This document shows, piece after piece, positions 1 through 13,213 of a DNA stretch of 64,000 bases. Both the position numbers and the translations under genes were made by a program. The notes beneath the pieces are model-generated. The model was not told the DNA's origin. It made no database searches and worked only from the letters and a program-made list of their open reading frames with translations. Origin of the DNA: Yuukianura sp. NJ FZ-2021. Lineage: Eukaryota. Where the stretch lies: NCBI GenBank assembly GCA_046563655.1, contig CM102287.1, forward strand, positions 5,828,001 through 5,892,000, given 5' to 3'. How positions within the stretch are numbered: the first letter of the stretch is position 1; every line of letters starts with the position of its first letter.

Positions 1-3000
1 AAATCAACTCAAACAATGAACTCTGACCTTTTGGACCACCGCCAAGTCAAGTATACTACAATTTCCAAAATCCTCCTTGGAGAAAATCCAATTAACCAGC
101 AAAAACAAAAGAACAAAGGAGAAACGAGATGTCGGGATTACCGCAAACACTGTCACAATTTAAGCACGTAGAAATGTGCTTTCTACACTCAAAGTCCAAG
201 TTCTTAACCTTAGGCCTTTCTTTTCATAATAAATTAAAATTCAACAATAAAAAACTGCAAGCCACACGGCTTTATGGCCATAAAATACAACTAATTACTT
301 TCTCCTCTAAAAATTTCATTTCCTCCTCAAGCATTTAGTACGCATACAGTATTATGGCATAGCAGTTAGCAGATTTGTATTTCCAGAACCCACGATCGTT
401 TACCGTTAACATTACTGCAGAGTTTTCAAAAATTCTCATTTTTTTTTTCGAAAAACTCTTTTCTCTTGTAGTGCAACTAGAGGAAATTTAATTCCAGCCT
501 ACTTCCTCCGCATGAACATAACGCTAGAACTCCCGTGTATTTAATTTAATGAAGAGAGATATGCTTTGTTATTTAAAAAGAAAGTTATCTTCCGTGACCC
601 CGCTGCGCAGGGACACTCCTAGGCCAAGGAGAAAGTTCTTCTGGCAAATCCCCATCTGAATTCCAATCCAATATTCTTGTAACCAGCAGGAAAAATAACA
701 CGGACACACAAGGAACCTTCAGATTCACAGCAGTCGACCTCATAAAAACTGAGACGGTACAAGTAAGCCCCCAGAGGAACTGACAAAAGCAAACTTCTCA
801 GAAATGCTAAAAGCACAATGGAAATTTAAGCACGTTTTTCGCCTTCAAGCCCTCCTCCAGAAGCATAATGTTGTGATATCCTTAGTGTAAAATATGGAAC
901 GGCGATCCATAAACTAACATAACTTTCTCCACTTTCACTGGAAATGACGAACACAACCCTCACAGAGCGACAGGAAGTGAAAAATGACGTTGGCAAGCGG
1001 ACACATTGAGAATCTAATGAAAAAAATACCGCCCTTCCTCATTTTTAAAAAAAAAATTAAAAAAAAAAAACTATCTCCATTTTTAAAAAAATCCCCACCC
1101 AGGGTCCACTTCAAAAATCTGAAAATCTCCTGACCCGGCTCGGTTTTCAAAACTTTCAATTTTCAAAATATTCATTATTTTGAAAAACTAGCCTCTCCTG
1201 GGCCGGTATTTCAAGCAATCAAAAAAAATCTTCACATCAGTACTCATTTTCAAAATTCAAAACTCTCCCTTCCCTCCACTTTTCAAAAATTTAAAAGCTC
1301 TTTCATCCTCTTATGACTGACTTGCTCATTTTCCCAGTTGCCTCCTAAAACCTAACGCAACATAGACAACTTTTATGCGGATTCGGTATGCTTTCTCCAG
1401 TTAGTAACTTTGTCCCCAGGGAGAACTGAGTTGCGGTCGGCTCAAAATGAGCCGCAGCTTCAAAGTTTCAATGAGACAGAAAGTCAAAAAGAACAGAGAA
1501 AAAACTTTTCCCTGTTTAAACTCACTTTCTTTTATTTTTCCAGCAGCCCAAGCTTTTGAATTGCCCAACATTTGAACAACGAAGAGCAGCCAAGGCCCGG
1601 GATCAGCCGAAACAAGCTTCCAGAGAATTTCGGACAGAGGCACAACGGCCAGAACTAGAAATCCACAAAATTTAGAAAATCCCTTTCATCTCATTTCAAC
1701 CGCAAACGTAAAAAAGTTCTAAAAATTTGGACCACAGCTGCTGTATGCTGGAAGTACTACTAGTAGTAGAGGCTCTAAAAGGCTATAAAGTGCTAGGAAA
1801 CCTTAGTAACCACATCATACGACGTCCCACTTCCTCCCTTCTAGTCGTTTTAGAAGTTCTTCCCAGGAAAAACCGCATTGCCAAAATGTCAAAGAGACTT
1901 GCCAAATTATTGACGTCGGGATTTGGTGTTGTGGCATAAAAGGTTTTGTATCGTATGGTAAGAAATTGTCTAAAAACCCAACTTTTCGACTTTTCGTTTT
2001 CAGAAAAGCTAGCTTTTGACTTTTCGTCTTGAAAAAAAGAAGAAGCTTGTTTTCTACTTTTGGTCTTGAAAAAAAAAATGGTAGTTTTCGAATTGTCGTC
2101 TTGAAAATACGCTTTTTTCAACTTTTCGTATCCCAAGAAATGAGGAAAAGGCTAAAAAATCAATGGGCGCCGCCTTTTTAACTAAAATGTTCAAACCAAT
2201 TTAGTTTTCTTGATTCTTGGCTCTATCAAAAAAAAACATGTATGAGACAGAAATGAGCAAAAAAAGGCAAGGACATAAGAAATTTAAGTTCCACTTTCCT
2301 TGCCAATATCCAGCCCAACTTTACTTTTCAAAAAGAAGTTAGTTAGGAGTTTCCTCGCAAACTAAAACTCTTTTCATCTTTTTTTAAACAAGAATCTTGA
2401 ATACAGAATCTCGAATCTCTAATCTAAAAGTTGTTGAAAAGTGAAAGGAAAAAGTTAAATCCAAATGAACAAAAAGTAGAAGCGTCAGAGTGATGTATAA
2501 GTGTTAACTTGAACTAAAGTAAGCTCAATTAGCCTTTAGCATGCCAAACTAACCTAGTGACTATGTCACTCTATTCAAAATCACCACAAACAAAGTAAAG
2601 ACTACGAAAACTTCTAGTAGTTTCCTGCAGCACTTCTTAAGTTCTAAACTGACTTGTCAGTTTTCCTTTCTCCAACACCCGAGACTTTTAGACTTTCACT
2701 TTCAATTTCAAATTCATTTGAGCAAAGACTCTACAGAGTCGTTATTTTTGTTGCATAGTTTCCCAGTTTCAAATGAAAGTCTCATCCATCTCAATCATCA
2801 ACTTTCCATCTGAACCAATCAAATCCAGCATCCTGTACAGAAGCTCCAGAACTGCTCGGCCGTTCTAAAAGGCAAAGCACTAAAAAAACAAGGAAACCGT
2901 GAGACAACCCGAGCGTAGACTGGCTGTCATTCCAAGCACAAAAAAAGTGAAACGTAGGCTAACTTAAGTTAGTTTAGAAAGCTGAGAAAACAGGCAAAAA

Positions 3001-3939
3001 AAAGAAAGTGAAAGGAAGGAAGAAAGGCAAAGTGAAATTTATTCTTCTGTCCCAAGGGAAACATCAGAAACTGAAAGCCTTCGCTTTCTTTTTTTTCCCA
3101 TCAGCACAAACTTCCTCTTTTAGTAACCTAACTTACGTTAGGTTTTTAGTAGCCTACATTAGGTTAGTTTTTTTTGTACTAACCTTACTTGAAACAATAC
3201 GAGGAGCAGGAGACTTTCTCTGCGCGATAGATAATGAAAATAGGTTCTAATAAAATAACCTTCCGCTGTACTTTCCTTTTCCAGTTAGGCTTTTTTTTGT
3301 TAGTTTCTAAAAGATCAAAAGACAATACGCAGAGGACATCCTACGACGATACTTCAGTTTCACTCAAAAGAGAAAGTAGGGAAGATATTAGACAACGCAT
3401 GACTGATCCGCATTAATTTTCCACTAACGTTCTCCACTTCTCAAAAAATGAAAAGGAAATGTACTAAACTTTCTCTACCACTCAAGTCTTCTGAATCAGC
3501 TTTTAGTAGCTTTTTTAAAAAAAAATCTTCTTCCAAAAGTCTGTTTTTCTTGTTCCTTCTAATTCCTTTTCCAACAAGAATCTAGAAACCAAAATACGGA
3601 AAAAACTGGGAAAGGAATTAAGTCTCAAAAAGTTTTTTTGCTTGCGTCATTCCGGAAAGAAATTCTTCAAAAAAAACTACTCGCACTCTAAGTTACGGTT
3701 GAACAAGTTTTTAGATTCTAAGATTCTAGACAAGGGTCGTCATGCTCCTTTTCCAAAAAGAAACTGTGGAAACAGGGCGTGGCATATTTGAAATTGAAAA
3801 AAAAGTTATGGAAAGACAAATCTTAATTTCACATGCAAGGCCACGATTCCCTTCCCAGTCATTTTCCATCATTATTTCTTTCTTTTTCCCATACTAAAAG
3901 TTAGACTAAAAAGAGAAAGCAAAGTTTCTTGTTTCATAA

Positions 3940-4400
3940 ACTAAAAGAAGAACAGACCGAGCCGACCGACCGAACAATAAACCGAGCGTAAATCGCAGTG
4001 TACAAAAGTAGCGTAAGATGATGAATTCACGATGTTCACACCGGCACACATAGCACAACACTATAGTTACGAACGATAAGACAACAAGTTGACCTTTGAC
4101 CCGGGATGAGGTCAAAGTTCAAGGTAACATGTACACAGAAATTGTTTGTTTCGATGAGACGAGCAACTTTTGCATAAGTCATTTTTTATGTTACCAGGGA
4201 TGGAACCGGTTGACCTTGACCTTTGACCTGGAATGAGTTGATCCACCGGGACGATATTCAATAGTGAACATCCCCGTGACCCAGTACTCTATAGTGAAAA
4301 CACATCTCGGAAATCTTTAGTGGATTCCGAGGTGGCGGCGGCATGACGGACGGACAGACAGACAAGCTCAAACCACTAAGCAGCTTACCCTACTTAATAG
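3940..4400. repeat. Probable non-autonomous Helitron/Helentron-derived (DINE-1/HINE-like) interspersed repeat
   Basis: Contains repeated TGACCTTTGACC/TGACCTTGACC motifs (about 4090 and 4211) and a GACGGACGGACAGACAGAC microsatellite (about 4346), a combination typical of such invertebrate elements. Boundaries are approximate. Confidence 0.4.
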
Positions 4401-6030
4401 GAAGAAACAAAAATTCTAGGAATCACTCTTTAGAATGAATCTTGCCTGTTCCAGCCTGTTCCAGCACAAGAACAAAAGGAGTGTCAATTACGTAATTTCC
4501 TTTTGATCTTCAATACTTCATCTCTGCTCTTTTGAAGATTTGTAGCGGTATAGTTACATGCGGATGAGCTTTTTGGCAGGGTGGCGGGTTATAACGCGAG
4601 GTTAACCTAACATAACCTAATAGTTGACCATTTCCGCTAAAGCTAAGGGCCATGGGCCATATATTCTTTCATCTTTTCATTTTGCCTCTCCCTAATCGTT
4701 CAAATAAGAAGAGTAAACAGAGCGGAACTACAATTTCAAGAACAAACAATACGAATTGTAGTTGACCAAAAAACCGGAGTTGTGTACTAGTGGAGGTGAA
4801 CTTTTAAACGAGACGAGGCGTCTCGTTGTATAAGTTTGGCAGTTCCTAGTGGGTTTTACGCTTTTACTACGTTAGGCATATTGGAAAATTTTACTGCTGC
4901 TAGAAGCAAAGTTTTTATCTATTTATTTGCTTTGTCCTTTCCAAGGTACAAGGTAAGTTTTCTATCTTTCATAAACATTTCAATCACTCAACGCACATTT
5001 CTAATCAGCACAAGTTTACCACATAAACACAACGTGCACAAAGATTGTGCTAACTTCAAGCAGCACTACAAACCCACAATCCAACTTCTGACACCAAAAC
5101 TTTTTGCAATGTTCGCACTGGTTAAATTGTTTGAAAGCTTTTCCATAGAACTCGAAAAGTTGCTTAAAAAATTAAAACCCGAAAGACTTCATAAAAAATG
5201 CTTCAAAATTTCTTACCACAACGTTAGAGTCATCGACCAACATTTCCTCCGATTCCTGAAAATTACAAAATTAATTCCATCAAAATAGATAATTCGAATG
5301 AACTTTGGACTAGTACAAAGGAAATTTCCCAATTTCCTGCTCAATTCATGAGAACAATTCCTGCTAATGAATGAGAGACTTGAGGATCAGAAACTATTGT
5401 GAAGGATGGGAATATAAGGTATCCGCTATTCCAAGGATTAGTGTTCATCATGCAAAAGGAAATGCCGCCGTGGCAATAGGGCATTAGGAATCACGCAACT
5501 TCAATAGGAGAAAGTCAAATCTGGTTATAAACCTATTGAACTCTACTTTCTCCATACATCTCAAATTACACAAGGAGCTGGAAGAAACAGGAAAACGGGA
5601 ATCCGGAAGACCTCCAGAGAGGAAATGAGACACAACTCACAAGGAATTGAAAGAAATCCGCACCGAACATGAACAGAATATGACTTTTACATCAAAACGA
5701 AATTGGGAAACGTGATATCTTTACGCCCTAAGCTGACACAACATTTTTCTGAACCAACCAAGAAACCAAGGCTGTGTCTAAACTCTATTCTCTGGAAGAT
5801 CATCTTCCGACTGCGATTCCCGGGTCCTCGTGGACGGACGCTTATGGACAGACGTCACATTCACATACGGACCAGCATGTCGGACAAACTGACCAGCATA
5901 GATGCAAAAAAGTGTTAAATCGAAGCATAACTCAGACCAAACTTTCACATGTCCGCGCACATGTCTAATTGCAGTGGTCCATAAGCGTACGTCCTTGAGT
6001 ATCCAGTTATACTAGCTTCTTTTTTCTTAC

Positions 6031-6093
6031 AGGATGATGTGGTGGAGGGCATTTCATATCCCAAGGAATTCCAAGTTGATGAGCCAAAGGCAT
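6031..6093 (-). CDS. Possible first coding exon (MPLAHQLGIPWDMKCPPPHHP) of an unidentified gene; downstream exons not identified
   Basis: On the minus strand there is a pyrimidine-rich acceptor (ttttatttgatttctag, about 6151), an ATG at 6093 and a canonical GTAAG donor at 6030. The product is not recognised. Confidence 0.3.
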
Positions 6094-9060
6094 TTCTCAG
6101 ACTCCAAAAATTTGATCTGGATTTGATCCCAATTCTGACAGGCCGTCTGTTCTAGAAATCAAATAAAAAAAAAACACTTTAGTAAATCGAAGCAGCAGAG
6201 ACATAAAAAATAATTGATGACGCTAGTCTGGAAGTCTCGGCAGCGTTTTCCCCCCGGGGAGCAAAAGTCAATTAGGTCGACTGTAACCCCGGAACAACGA
6301 AAACGAAAAGCTAGCACTAATTCTCACACCAGCAGCCGCTGGAATTTAGGATGCTTCGTTATCGTTCGTACAAGACTAGATTCTCCGATTCGGTTGGTTA
6401 CTGCTGCTACTAACTTGGGCAAAGAGAAACACACAACTGTTGCTGGAAAAATGAGGGAGCCTGGAACACTATCGCTGGAAAAGTGAAAGAGGCTGGAACA
6501 CCATGGCTGAAAACGGGGAAAGCGAGATTTTCTCTTTAGTAGAGACGCGAAGCTGAGGCTCTCGGCGGCTCAAGTTTCGTTATTTAGACGCTAAAACATG
6601 GAAGATGAAAGGCGGGAGTTTCAGAGGACTGGAACAGAATTTGACACCAACGGTTACAGTGCCGCCACTTCAATTAAGAATTTCGATTTCACTTTATATG
6701 TATGCTGCTAGCTATATACTAGAGAGCTTCCGAGAAACGACACAAACATATCATTTCAATCAAACGGAACCCCAAATCAACTCTATTCTGAGAGTCAAAT
6801 CGGCTGACATTTGCTGTTCAAAGGATTGACCTCGCTACAAATACCGTAAATTTTCTAGCGCTCAGTTACAACATACGTTGCAGCGCAAAGTTTGTAGCTT
6901 TTATGGACCATGCGTCATCTTGTTCCTTATTTTCATAACTCAATTCTCGGAAGCTGAAAGAATGGCAATTTAGCATAAACTTAAAGTTTAGTCATTCGCA
7001 CGTACTCGGCTCCCTTTTTAGAAATTCCGAAACCGTAAGTTACACCAAACCGGTACAGAAAGGCCATTAAATGTGCACAAATTATCTTTACAGATTAATC
7101 ACTTAACTTGATGTTACGAACCTCTACTTTGTCTAACACAGTAAACGATACACAAAGTTCGATAAGCAAAAAAAGTCAACTCAAATAGCTGCCTGCATAA
7201 GTCCCATTTTGCAAACAAGATTACAATCAGAATGAGACAGATTTAAAGTTTCCCCGTTGAAAAACCTATTGCAAATTTTTCGCTTTTTAGATTAGAATAC
7301 AGTGCTATATAAAGTGCAAGGCATTTGACCGTGGAAATGGAATTAGCTGATTAATTTCGAAACTAAATTAAGACAACGGACCGTAACTTGCATGTTCACC
7401 ACTCTAGCGATCATCGCTCATCAATAAAACCTGTTCAATCAGAGGTTGTTTTGCTGCCAACCTAATTCTAAACTGATGAACCAGAAAACATTCAAAAATT
7501 AAAACTGGTATATGTACTTGTTCTAGGAAACGGATCTCTATTCATGCACATCGGAATCTTTATGTTCCATACAAGAGTAACCAGACTTTTAGACGTGCAA
7601 GGAATGGCATCATATCAAGGCGAGAGGTATTTGACCTCTGGCCTTGCCTTGGCAAAGAAAATGCGGAAATTCTTTACTTGCATACACTGCAATTGCCAAT
7701 ACATATCCAAATCGCAGAAACTTCTCAAGGCATTGGATTGATATTGAAATGACAGTTAATTTGCAACGAAGGCAAATATTTTGCAGCAACTTAACCTTAA
7801 TTGTGTACTAAATGTGGCAATTGTGTTAAATATTACAAGTCAAGGCATTGGGTAATCGAGATTCTAAGATTCTTTTAGAATCTCTTCCTTCATGACTCAT
7901 GCCCTGCATGAAACATTTGAATTTCATTGTTGTTGTAGATATTATTTTAGTACGTAAATTGAGTACTTACAACTTCAATTGAGCGTAACGGACTGGAAGT
8001 CTGGAAGATTGGGTTCCGTCACGGAAGCAGGCTGGACCGAATTTGATTAATGATGTGCCTTCGATTAACTGTATAATTTCTTGAATTTGTGGCCTGCTGC
8101 TGTGTTTCCAACCTTAGGAAAACAACTGACTGACTGCATTTGTGAAGTCAAGTGAATTCACTTTCGTACTTTTCTCAAAATCTACTCACCCCGAAATGGC
8201 TCAACTTGAGACATTCAAGTTACTTCCCAGAAACTGCACATACCCGACAATTCCCACCCGGCGGCAACTTACATGAAAACGGGAAATCGGGAAATATAAC
8301 AACTGGGAAATATTTAAATAAACCAGATAAGCACTAGTACACATACCGTTAACTAATTCTGTAAACTAGATGCGGGTAAGCTATGCATATGAATTCACGA
8401 TGGTGAAAAATTGGAATGAGAAGAGTAGATTGGAATGGAAAATGTTATTTTGAGAAAAAAAAACGTCGAAAAAACTTTTTCAAAGTCGCAAATTACTTTT
8501 ACCACATCTGATCTTTTTATTTTCAGTTACTTCGTTCGTAAATTACCTTACTTTTCATTCCTTTGCAAATTGCACCCATAATAATAGAAGTAGTAGTTTA
8601 ATATGAAATTTTTTTTGCGACAGTAAAAACCAAAAACAGCTTCTTTGCATCTATTAGCTTTATTTAGTACGCATCACTAAGCTTACATCTAGAAAGCAAA
8701 TTTAAGTTAAATCAAAATGCATGGATTCCGTTGTCGCATTCGTAGCATCAACGGTAAAGGGCGACTCAGTTCTTAGGCTTAAGCTAAGTCCTGAACTTAA
8801 TTATTGGCTTACCATTAATAAATAATACAAACTAAATAGTCGGATTATTAAATCCCGTATATAGTACAGAAGGGTAGTCCAGTTGTCGGGTATCCGCCTG
8901 TTGGTTCTTGTGAACCTGTTTTCATAACAAGTTTACATACCGCGAAAAGCGAAAATAGCAATTTTGCAAAAGTCATTATTCTAAGATTTTAAGCTTAGCA
9001 ATAAAATAATAAAAAGTAAAATTCCGTAATTTCTAAATTGAATCTTGTCAAAGTTCAACA

Positions 9061-10180
9061 ATGACAACTTTTGGTGAGGTCATACTAGAGTCATCCCGGG
9101 CATTTCCGGACGATGAAGAAGACGACGGAGCCTCACAAGAAAGGTACTCAAGTTTATAAACAAGTGATTCGGGGTTTTTGTATGCTAATTTGTAATTTGT
9201 AAATATGATTTTTCAGTATCACCTTTGAGCGAGCATCAGAAGCAGAACACATATTGAAGGATTTCGAATCCAATAAAAACTCGATGACGAATTTATACAT
9301 ATTTCATGGCAAGGTGGCTTGTGGTAAGTTATCGTTGGGCAATTTTTTTTTACCAGTGTCAGAAGGTTTATGCGTGATTGGCTGATGTGATTAACTTCCT
9401 CTTTCTAGGATTCGGTAGTGGTTTTTTAAGTGAAGACAAATTCCGGTTCCTTGGCGCCGTTTATCATGGTGGCTTTGAAGGAACGGTTGACTCGCTACTC
9501 AGCCGTCAACAACGACCTGCCATAAAACTTTACTACGGTCCAAATCATATTGTGTTTGCTCTGGTCGACACGTACGGTCTGCCAAGATCCTCAGCTAACG
9601 ACGTCGTACACGTTGTAAGAATTACTAATGATTCATACAATTTGGAGAGTTTTTAATTTACGCATCGTGTTTGCTTAGATTTCCTTGATAATTGAGGCTG
9701 CGCAGAATATCGCCATTTTCCATTCAGAGCCCATCGTAGGTTTCCGTGGAGAAGGCGAGGTTCAAGGGCAACTTTTTCATCTCCGAACTTCGTCTATTGA
9801 TCCGCAAGCATCGTCCATAATCACCGCTACCGCCGTCCTCCCACAGCCGAATATAATAAGTGGACTCAGTGCGGCTGGTATGAGACCATGAACATTCAGG
9901 TTTAATTTCAGTTTGAACACGAAATACTAACTGAATCCATTTTGTAATTTCAGTTTTGACTCTTTGTGAAGCGACGGAGAAGCCTTGCGTTCTACTCGTG
10001 ACATATTGCGAAACAGAACTAATTGATTCAATTTCCACCAAGCCCTTCTTCGATGCCCTGCAAAAAGGAAACACCGGCAGGATCAATATCCATCAGCATT
10101 TTGCCAGTTTAAGTTACAGTTCTACTCGTTCCACAAAGTCAAACTTTACTCCTGTTAGAAATTCCAACTTGTATACTTGA
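9061..10180 (+). CDS. PSMG1: Proteasome assembly chaperone 1 (5 exons: about 9061-9143, 9218-9323, 9409-9615, 9680-9877, 9954-10180)
   Basis: N-terminus MTTFGEVILESSRAFPDDEEDD and C-terminus ...SNLYT* resemble PSMG1/PAC1 termini. GT-AG introns link ORF-track pieces 9378, 9685 and 9956. Confidence 0.8.
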
Positions 10181-10917
10181 GTTTACTAAAACTTAACCAT
10201 ACTTTGTTCTCAAACTGGTGGAGGAATTCGTACTAAAAACGGGGATAAGTGAATCGGAGATGTGATTTGTGAACTGCTGATGCTGCTGACCCGCATCAAC
10301 TGAAATTTTTATATTGCAGATTTGTTTCTGGCAGAACTTTGCGCGCGATTTAAATGGCGGCAAGAACTGACTTCATTTCCATTGTCCTTTTGTCATTGCA
10401 TTGCTGATTGTTGGGAGATTACCCAGACATCATGAGATGGGATGCGTCGATTAACAATATGCTATTCACATGACATCATAATTCAATTCATGCAAAAAGC
10501 TACCAGAAGAGTTCGTAAAAGTTAGGGTTTTTGTAATACTTCAGAGTCAAGGACACTCCAAGGTCGCTTGGCGCCAAATTCGACTCTTCCAGGGATCATC
10601 TGGGCTTTATTTCATTTCTGTTTTTTTTCTATTCTATTCATGCTCCGATTCTCCCATTCCATCTTCGCAGTACTGCGCGCGTCCTGTTTGTGCCTGTATT
10701 CTGGTGATGTCAATTCATTTGACACTGATCGACATCTCGTAAACAATTCGTATTAATTACGAATTTTACGTAATAATAATTGATTCGCCAGCATACATTT
10801 TATAAGATTTGATTGACTGAAGCTGGTGCTGGATCCGATCCGATCGACGTTTTTTAGTTCTCAGAAATCACGGTTTCGAAACCGAACTCTTCTGAGAACG
10901 ACAGGAAGAAGAAGAAG

Positions 10918-11065
10918 GGGTAAAGTAAGGCTGATGGTGCCAATGCTGTTTTGCCATGTTAAATGCGGCAAGTTAGATAACAGTTTGGCGTACTTTTTAA
11001 ACCTAACCTATCCTAAATAATGTAATAACACTAATGGCATTGGCACCATCAACCTTACTCCTACC
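10918..11065. mobile_element. 148-bp MITE, Merlin-like
   Basis: TIRs GGGTAAAGTAAGGCTGATGGTGCCAATGC and (reverse complement) GGTAGGAGTAAGGTTGATGGTGCCAATGC. 8-bp direct repeat AGAAGAAG at 10910-10917 and 11066-11073. Confidence 0.85.
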
Positions 11066-11324
11066 AGAAGAAGATAAGAGGAGTCCGGTCCGCGGTATCG
11101 TTGTAACTGTGAGTGATTGCGCTAAGGGTACTCTGGATCAAACACAATTTTTTTCCAGTCTCGAGTAATATATAGTAATACATTAATTTCCTATGATTCG
11201 GCAGGAGTAAGGCAGAGGTGGTACGTGTTAATACTCCATATCCCATCCCGTATCCCGTTCAATGCTTTGCGCCGCGATGTTGCCGTTTCATTTTGCTATA
11301 GGGGAGTAGGAGGGGGATGTGGGA

Positions 11325-11580
11325 TATCCCATATCCCACCCCATATCCCATATCCCATCCCATATCCCATCCCATATCCCATCCCATATCCCATCCCATA
11401 TCCCATCCCATATCCCATCCCATATCCCATCCCATATCCCATCCCATATCCCATATCCCATCCCATATCCCATATCCCATCCCATATCCCATCCCATATC
11501 CCATCCCATATCCCATCCCATATCCCATCCCATATCCCATCCCATATCCCATCCCATATCCCATCCCATATCCCATCCCC
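11325..11580 (+). repeat. Tandem array (ATCCCATATCCC)n in the left TIR, about 20 units with a few 7-bp variants
   Basis: Read directly. It produces the spurious IPYP/HIPS/SHPI ORFs. Confidence 0.95.
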
Positions 11581-11630
11581 AAAAAATTCCCTATATAAGG
11601 AGCCGCGGAGCTCAGTTTCGGTGACTTACC
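11581..11630 (+). promoter_or_regulatory. Putative TATA-containing promoter block at the inner end of the left TIR (identical inverted copy at about 13731-13780)
   Basis: AAAAAATTCCCTATATAAGGAGCCGCGGAGCTCAGTTTCGGTGACTTACC contains TATATAA and an Inr-like TCAGTT. It ends about 45-55 nt before the ATG of each internal ORF. TATA-to-Inr spacing is shorter than canonical. Confidence 0.55.
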
Positions 11631-11674
11631 CGTTCATTAGGGACGGGAAAAGACCTGCACTGGGGAATAGGGGG

Positions 11675-12706
11675 ATGGAGGCATCAAGGATGCCAGCGCT
11701 TGCGCTTACTGCTGAGCAAACAACGGCCCTTTTAAGGGCCAACCCATTCGGTCTCATGACCTTTGCGAGGGTGGTTAGAAACCCCGCAGAAGCGTTCAGT
11801 TTTGCCGTCCACACGGGTTTAATTAATATTAAAAACCCTCCAACATGCTCGTGTGGACGGACAAAATGCCTCGCCTCACGCCCAGGCGCCAGGTATGAAT
11901 GGTTTTGCCGGAAGGAACCAGGTGTTGAATGGTGCAGAATTCGAGTGGGTTTGCAGGTCAACACCTGGTTCCACGGGGCGAAAATACCTGTCCTGACGGT
12001 CCTGGAGTTGACGCTTCACTGGTTTTTTCAGGTACCGGTGACGGCAGCGGCTGGCCAGCTTGGCGTTTCTAAAGAATGCGCCATTGACTGGTACGCCTAC
12101 TGCCGTCAAATATGTTTCAGCATCGTTTCCAGGCTCGATATCTGCATCGGCGGGCCTGGACTCGTTGTTGAAATAGATGAAAGCCACTTGTGGAACCGCA
12201 AATACCACCGAGGAAGAGCCCTTGCCAACGAACAACTCTGGGTTTTTGGTGGTATTTGTCGAGAAACCAAGGAGGCTTTCATCCAGCTGGTACCTGATAG
12301 AACCACCAAGACGTTGGACCCCATCATCCAACGAAAAATTGCGGCCGGTACTCATATCATGAGTGACGGTGCGCGAGTCTACGAAAACCTTCATCTACCG
12401 TCTCGGGGTGGTTACACTCACAACCAGGTGAACCACTCCGAACATTACGTTGATCCCACAGACTCAAATATTCATACCAACAGCATCGAGAGTCTGTGGA
12501 ATCAACTTAAAAAAAAGGTGAAGGGATTCGTAGACGATGACCACATCGTCCTCTACATCGCCGAATATTTGTACCGGCGGCAATTTTTAAACGTCCACAG
12601 TGACGCTGAACGAAGGACCCAGGGAATCCAATTTGAAATATTTCTCAATCACATTCGAGAAGTATTCCCTGGGCCCTTCCAAGAAGGTTTATTGATGGAC
12701 GTTTAA
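11675..12706 (+). CDS. Merlin/IS1595-family DDE transposase, 343 aa (true start most likely MEASRMP at 11675)
   Basis: N-terminal zinc ribbon (CSCG...WFC...WC). Catalytic motifs VVEIDESHL, IMSDG and HTNSIESLW, plus VNHS and YIAEYLYRR, typical of ISXO2/IS1595-like transposases. No stops. Confidence 0.93.
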   Translation: MEASRMPALALTAEQTTALLRANPFGLMTFARVVRNPAEAFSFAVHTGLINIKNPPTCSCGRTKCLASRPGARYEWFCRKEPGVEWCRIRVGLQVNTWFHGAKIPVLTVLELTLHWFFQVPVTAAAGQLGVSKECAIDWYAYCRQICFSIVSRLDICIGGPGLVVEIDESHLWNRKYHRGRALANEQLWVFGGICRETKEAFIQLVPDRTTKTLDPIIQRKIAAGTHIMSDGARVYENLHLPSRGGYTHNQVNHSEHYVDPTDSNIHTNSIESLWNQLKKKVKGFVDDDHIVLYIAEYLYRRQFLNVHSDAERRTQGIQFEIFLNHIREVFPGPFQEGLLMDV

Positions 12707-13206
12707 ACGAAATTTAAAAAGTAAAACAAAAAAACATAAAAAAAACATAAAAAAAAACAAAAAAACCAAAAAAAAAAACAAAAAACAAAAAAACAAAAAA
12801 AAAACAAGAAAAAACAAAAAAAAAAACAAGAAAAAACAAAAAAAAAGAAAAAAAACAAAACAAAAAACAAAACAAAAAAAAACAAAAGAAAACAAAAAAA
12901 AACAATAAAAACACAAAAACGGTGTGTATAGCTTCCCGCGCCGAAGGCGCGGTGTTAGGTTTGGTTAAAGTGCGCAATACAGATTACATCCCGGGGCATT
13001 TTTTGTTTTTTTTTGTTTTTTTTAATTTTTTTTAGTTTTTTTTTTTGTTTTTTTTTGTTTTTTTTTTTGTTTTTTTTTTGTTTTTTTTTGTTTTTTTTGT
13101 TTTTCTTTGTTTTTCTTTGTTTTTTTTTGTTTTTTTTTTGTTTTTTTGTTTTTTTGTTTTTTTTTGTTTTTTTTGTTTTTTCCTTGTTTTTTTTTGTTTT
13201 TTTTTA
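12707..13206. repeat. Inverted pair of low-complexity tracts: A-rich (AnC)n at 12707-12919 and T-rich (TnG)n at 12999-13206, around an 80-bp core
   Basis: Read directly. The core contains the hairpin CCGCGCC-GAA-GGCGCGG (12936-12952). Confidence 0.9.
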
Positions 13207-13213
13207 CTGTTTA

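Noticed and set aside
129..5968. Short ORFs in the first 6 kb
   Set aside because: Low-complexity, K/F-rich and without recognisable motifs. Consistent with intronic or intergenic DNA.
11225..11674. N-terminal 150 aa of the 493-aa ORF, and the GMGY/WDMG/IPYP/SHPI ORFs at both TIRs
   Set aside because: These are stop-free translations of the 12-bp TIR arrays, present in several frames on both strands. The first plausible ATG is at 11675.
11675..12706. Bacterial IS1595 contamination
   Set aside because: The element is flanked by a TSD inside an intron-containing eukaryotic locus and has eukaryote-style TATA and poly(A) signals.
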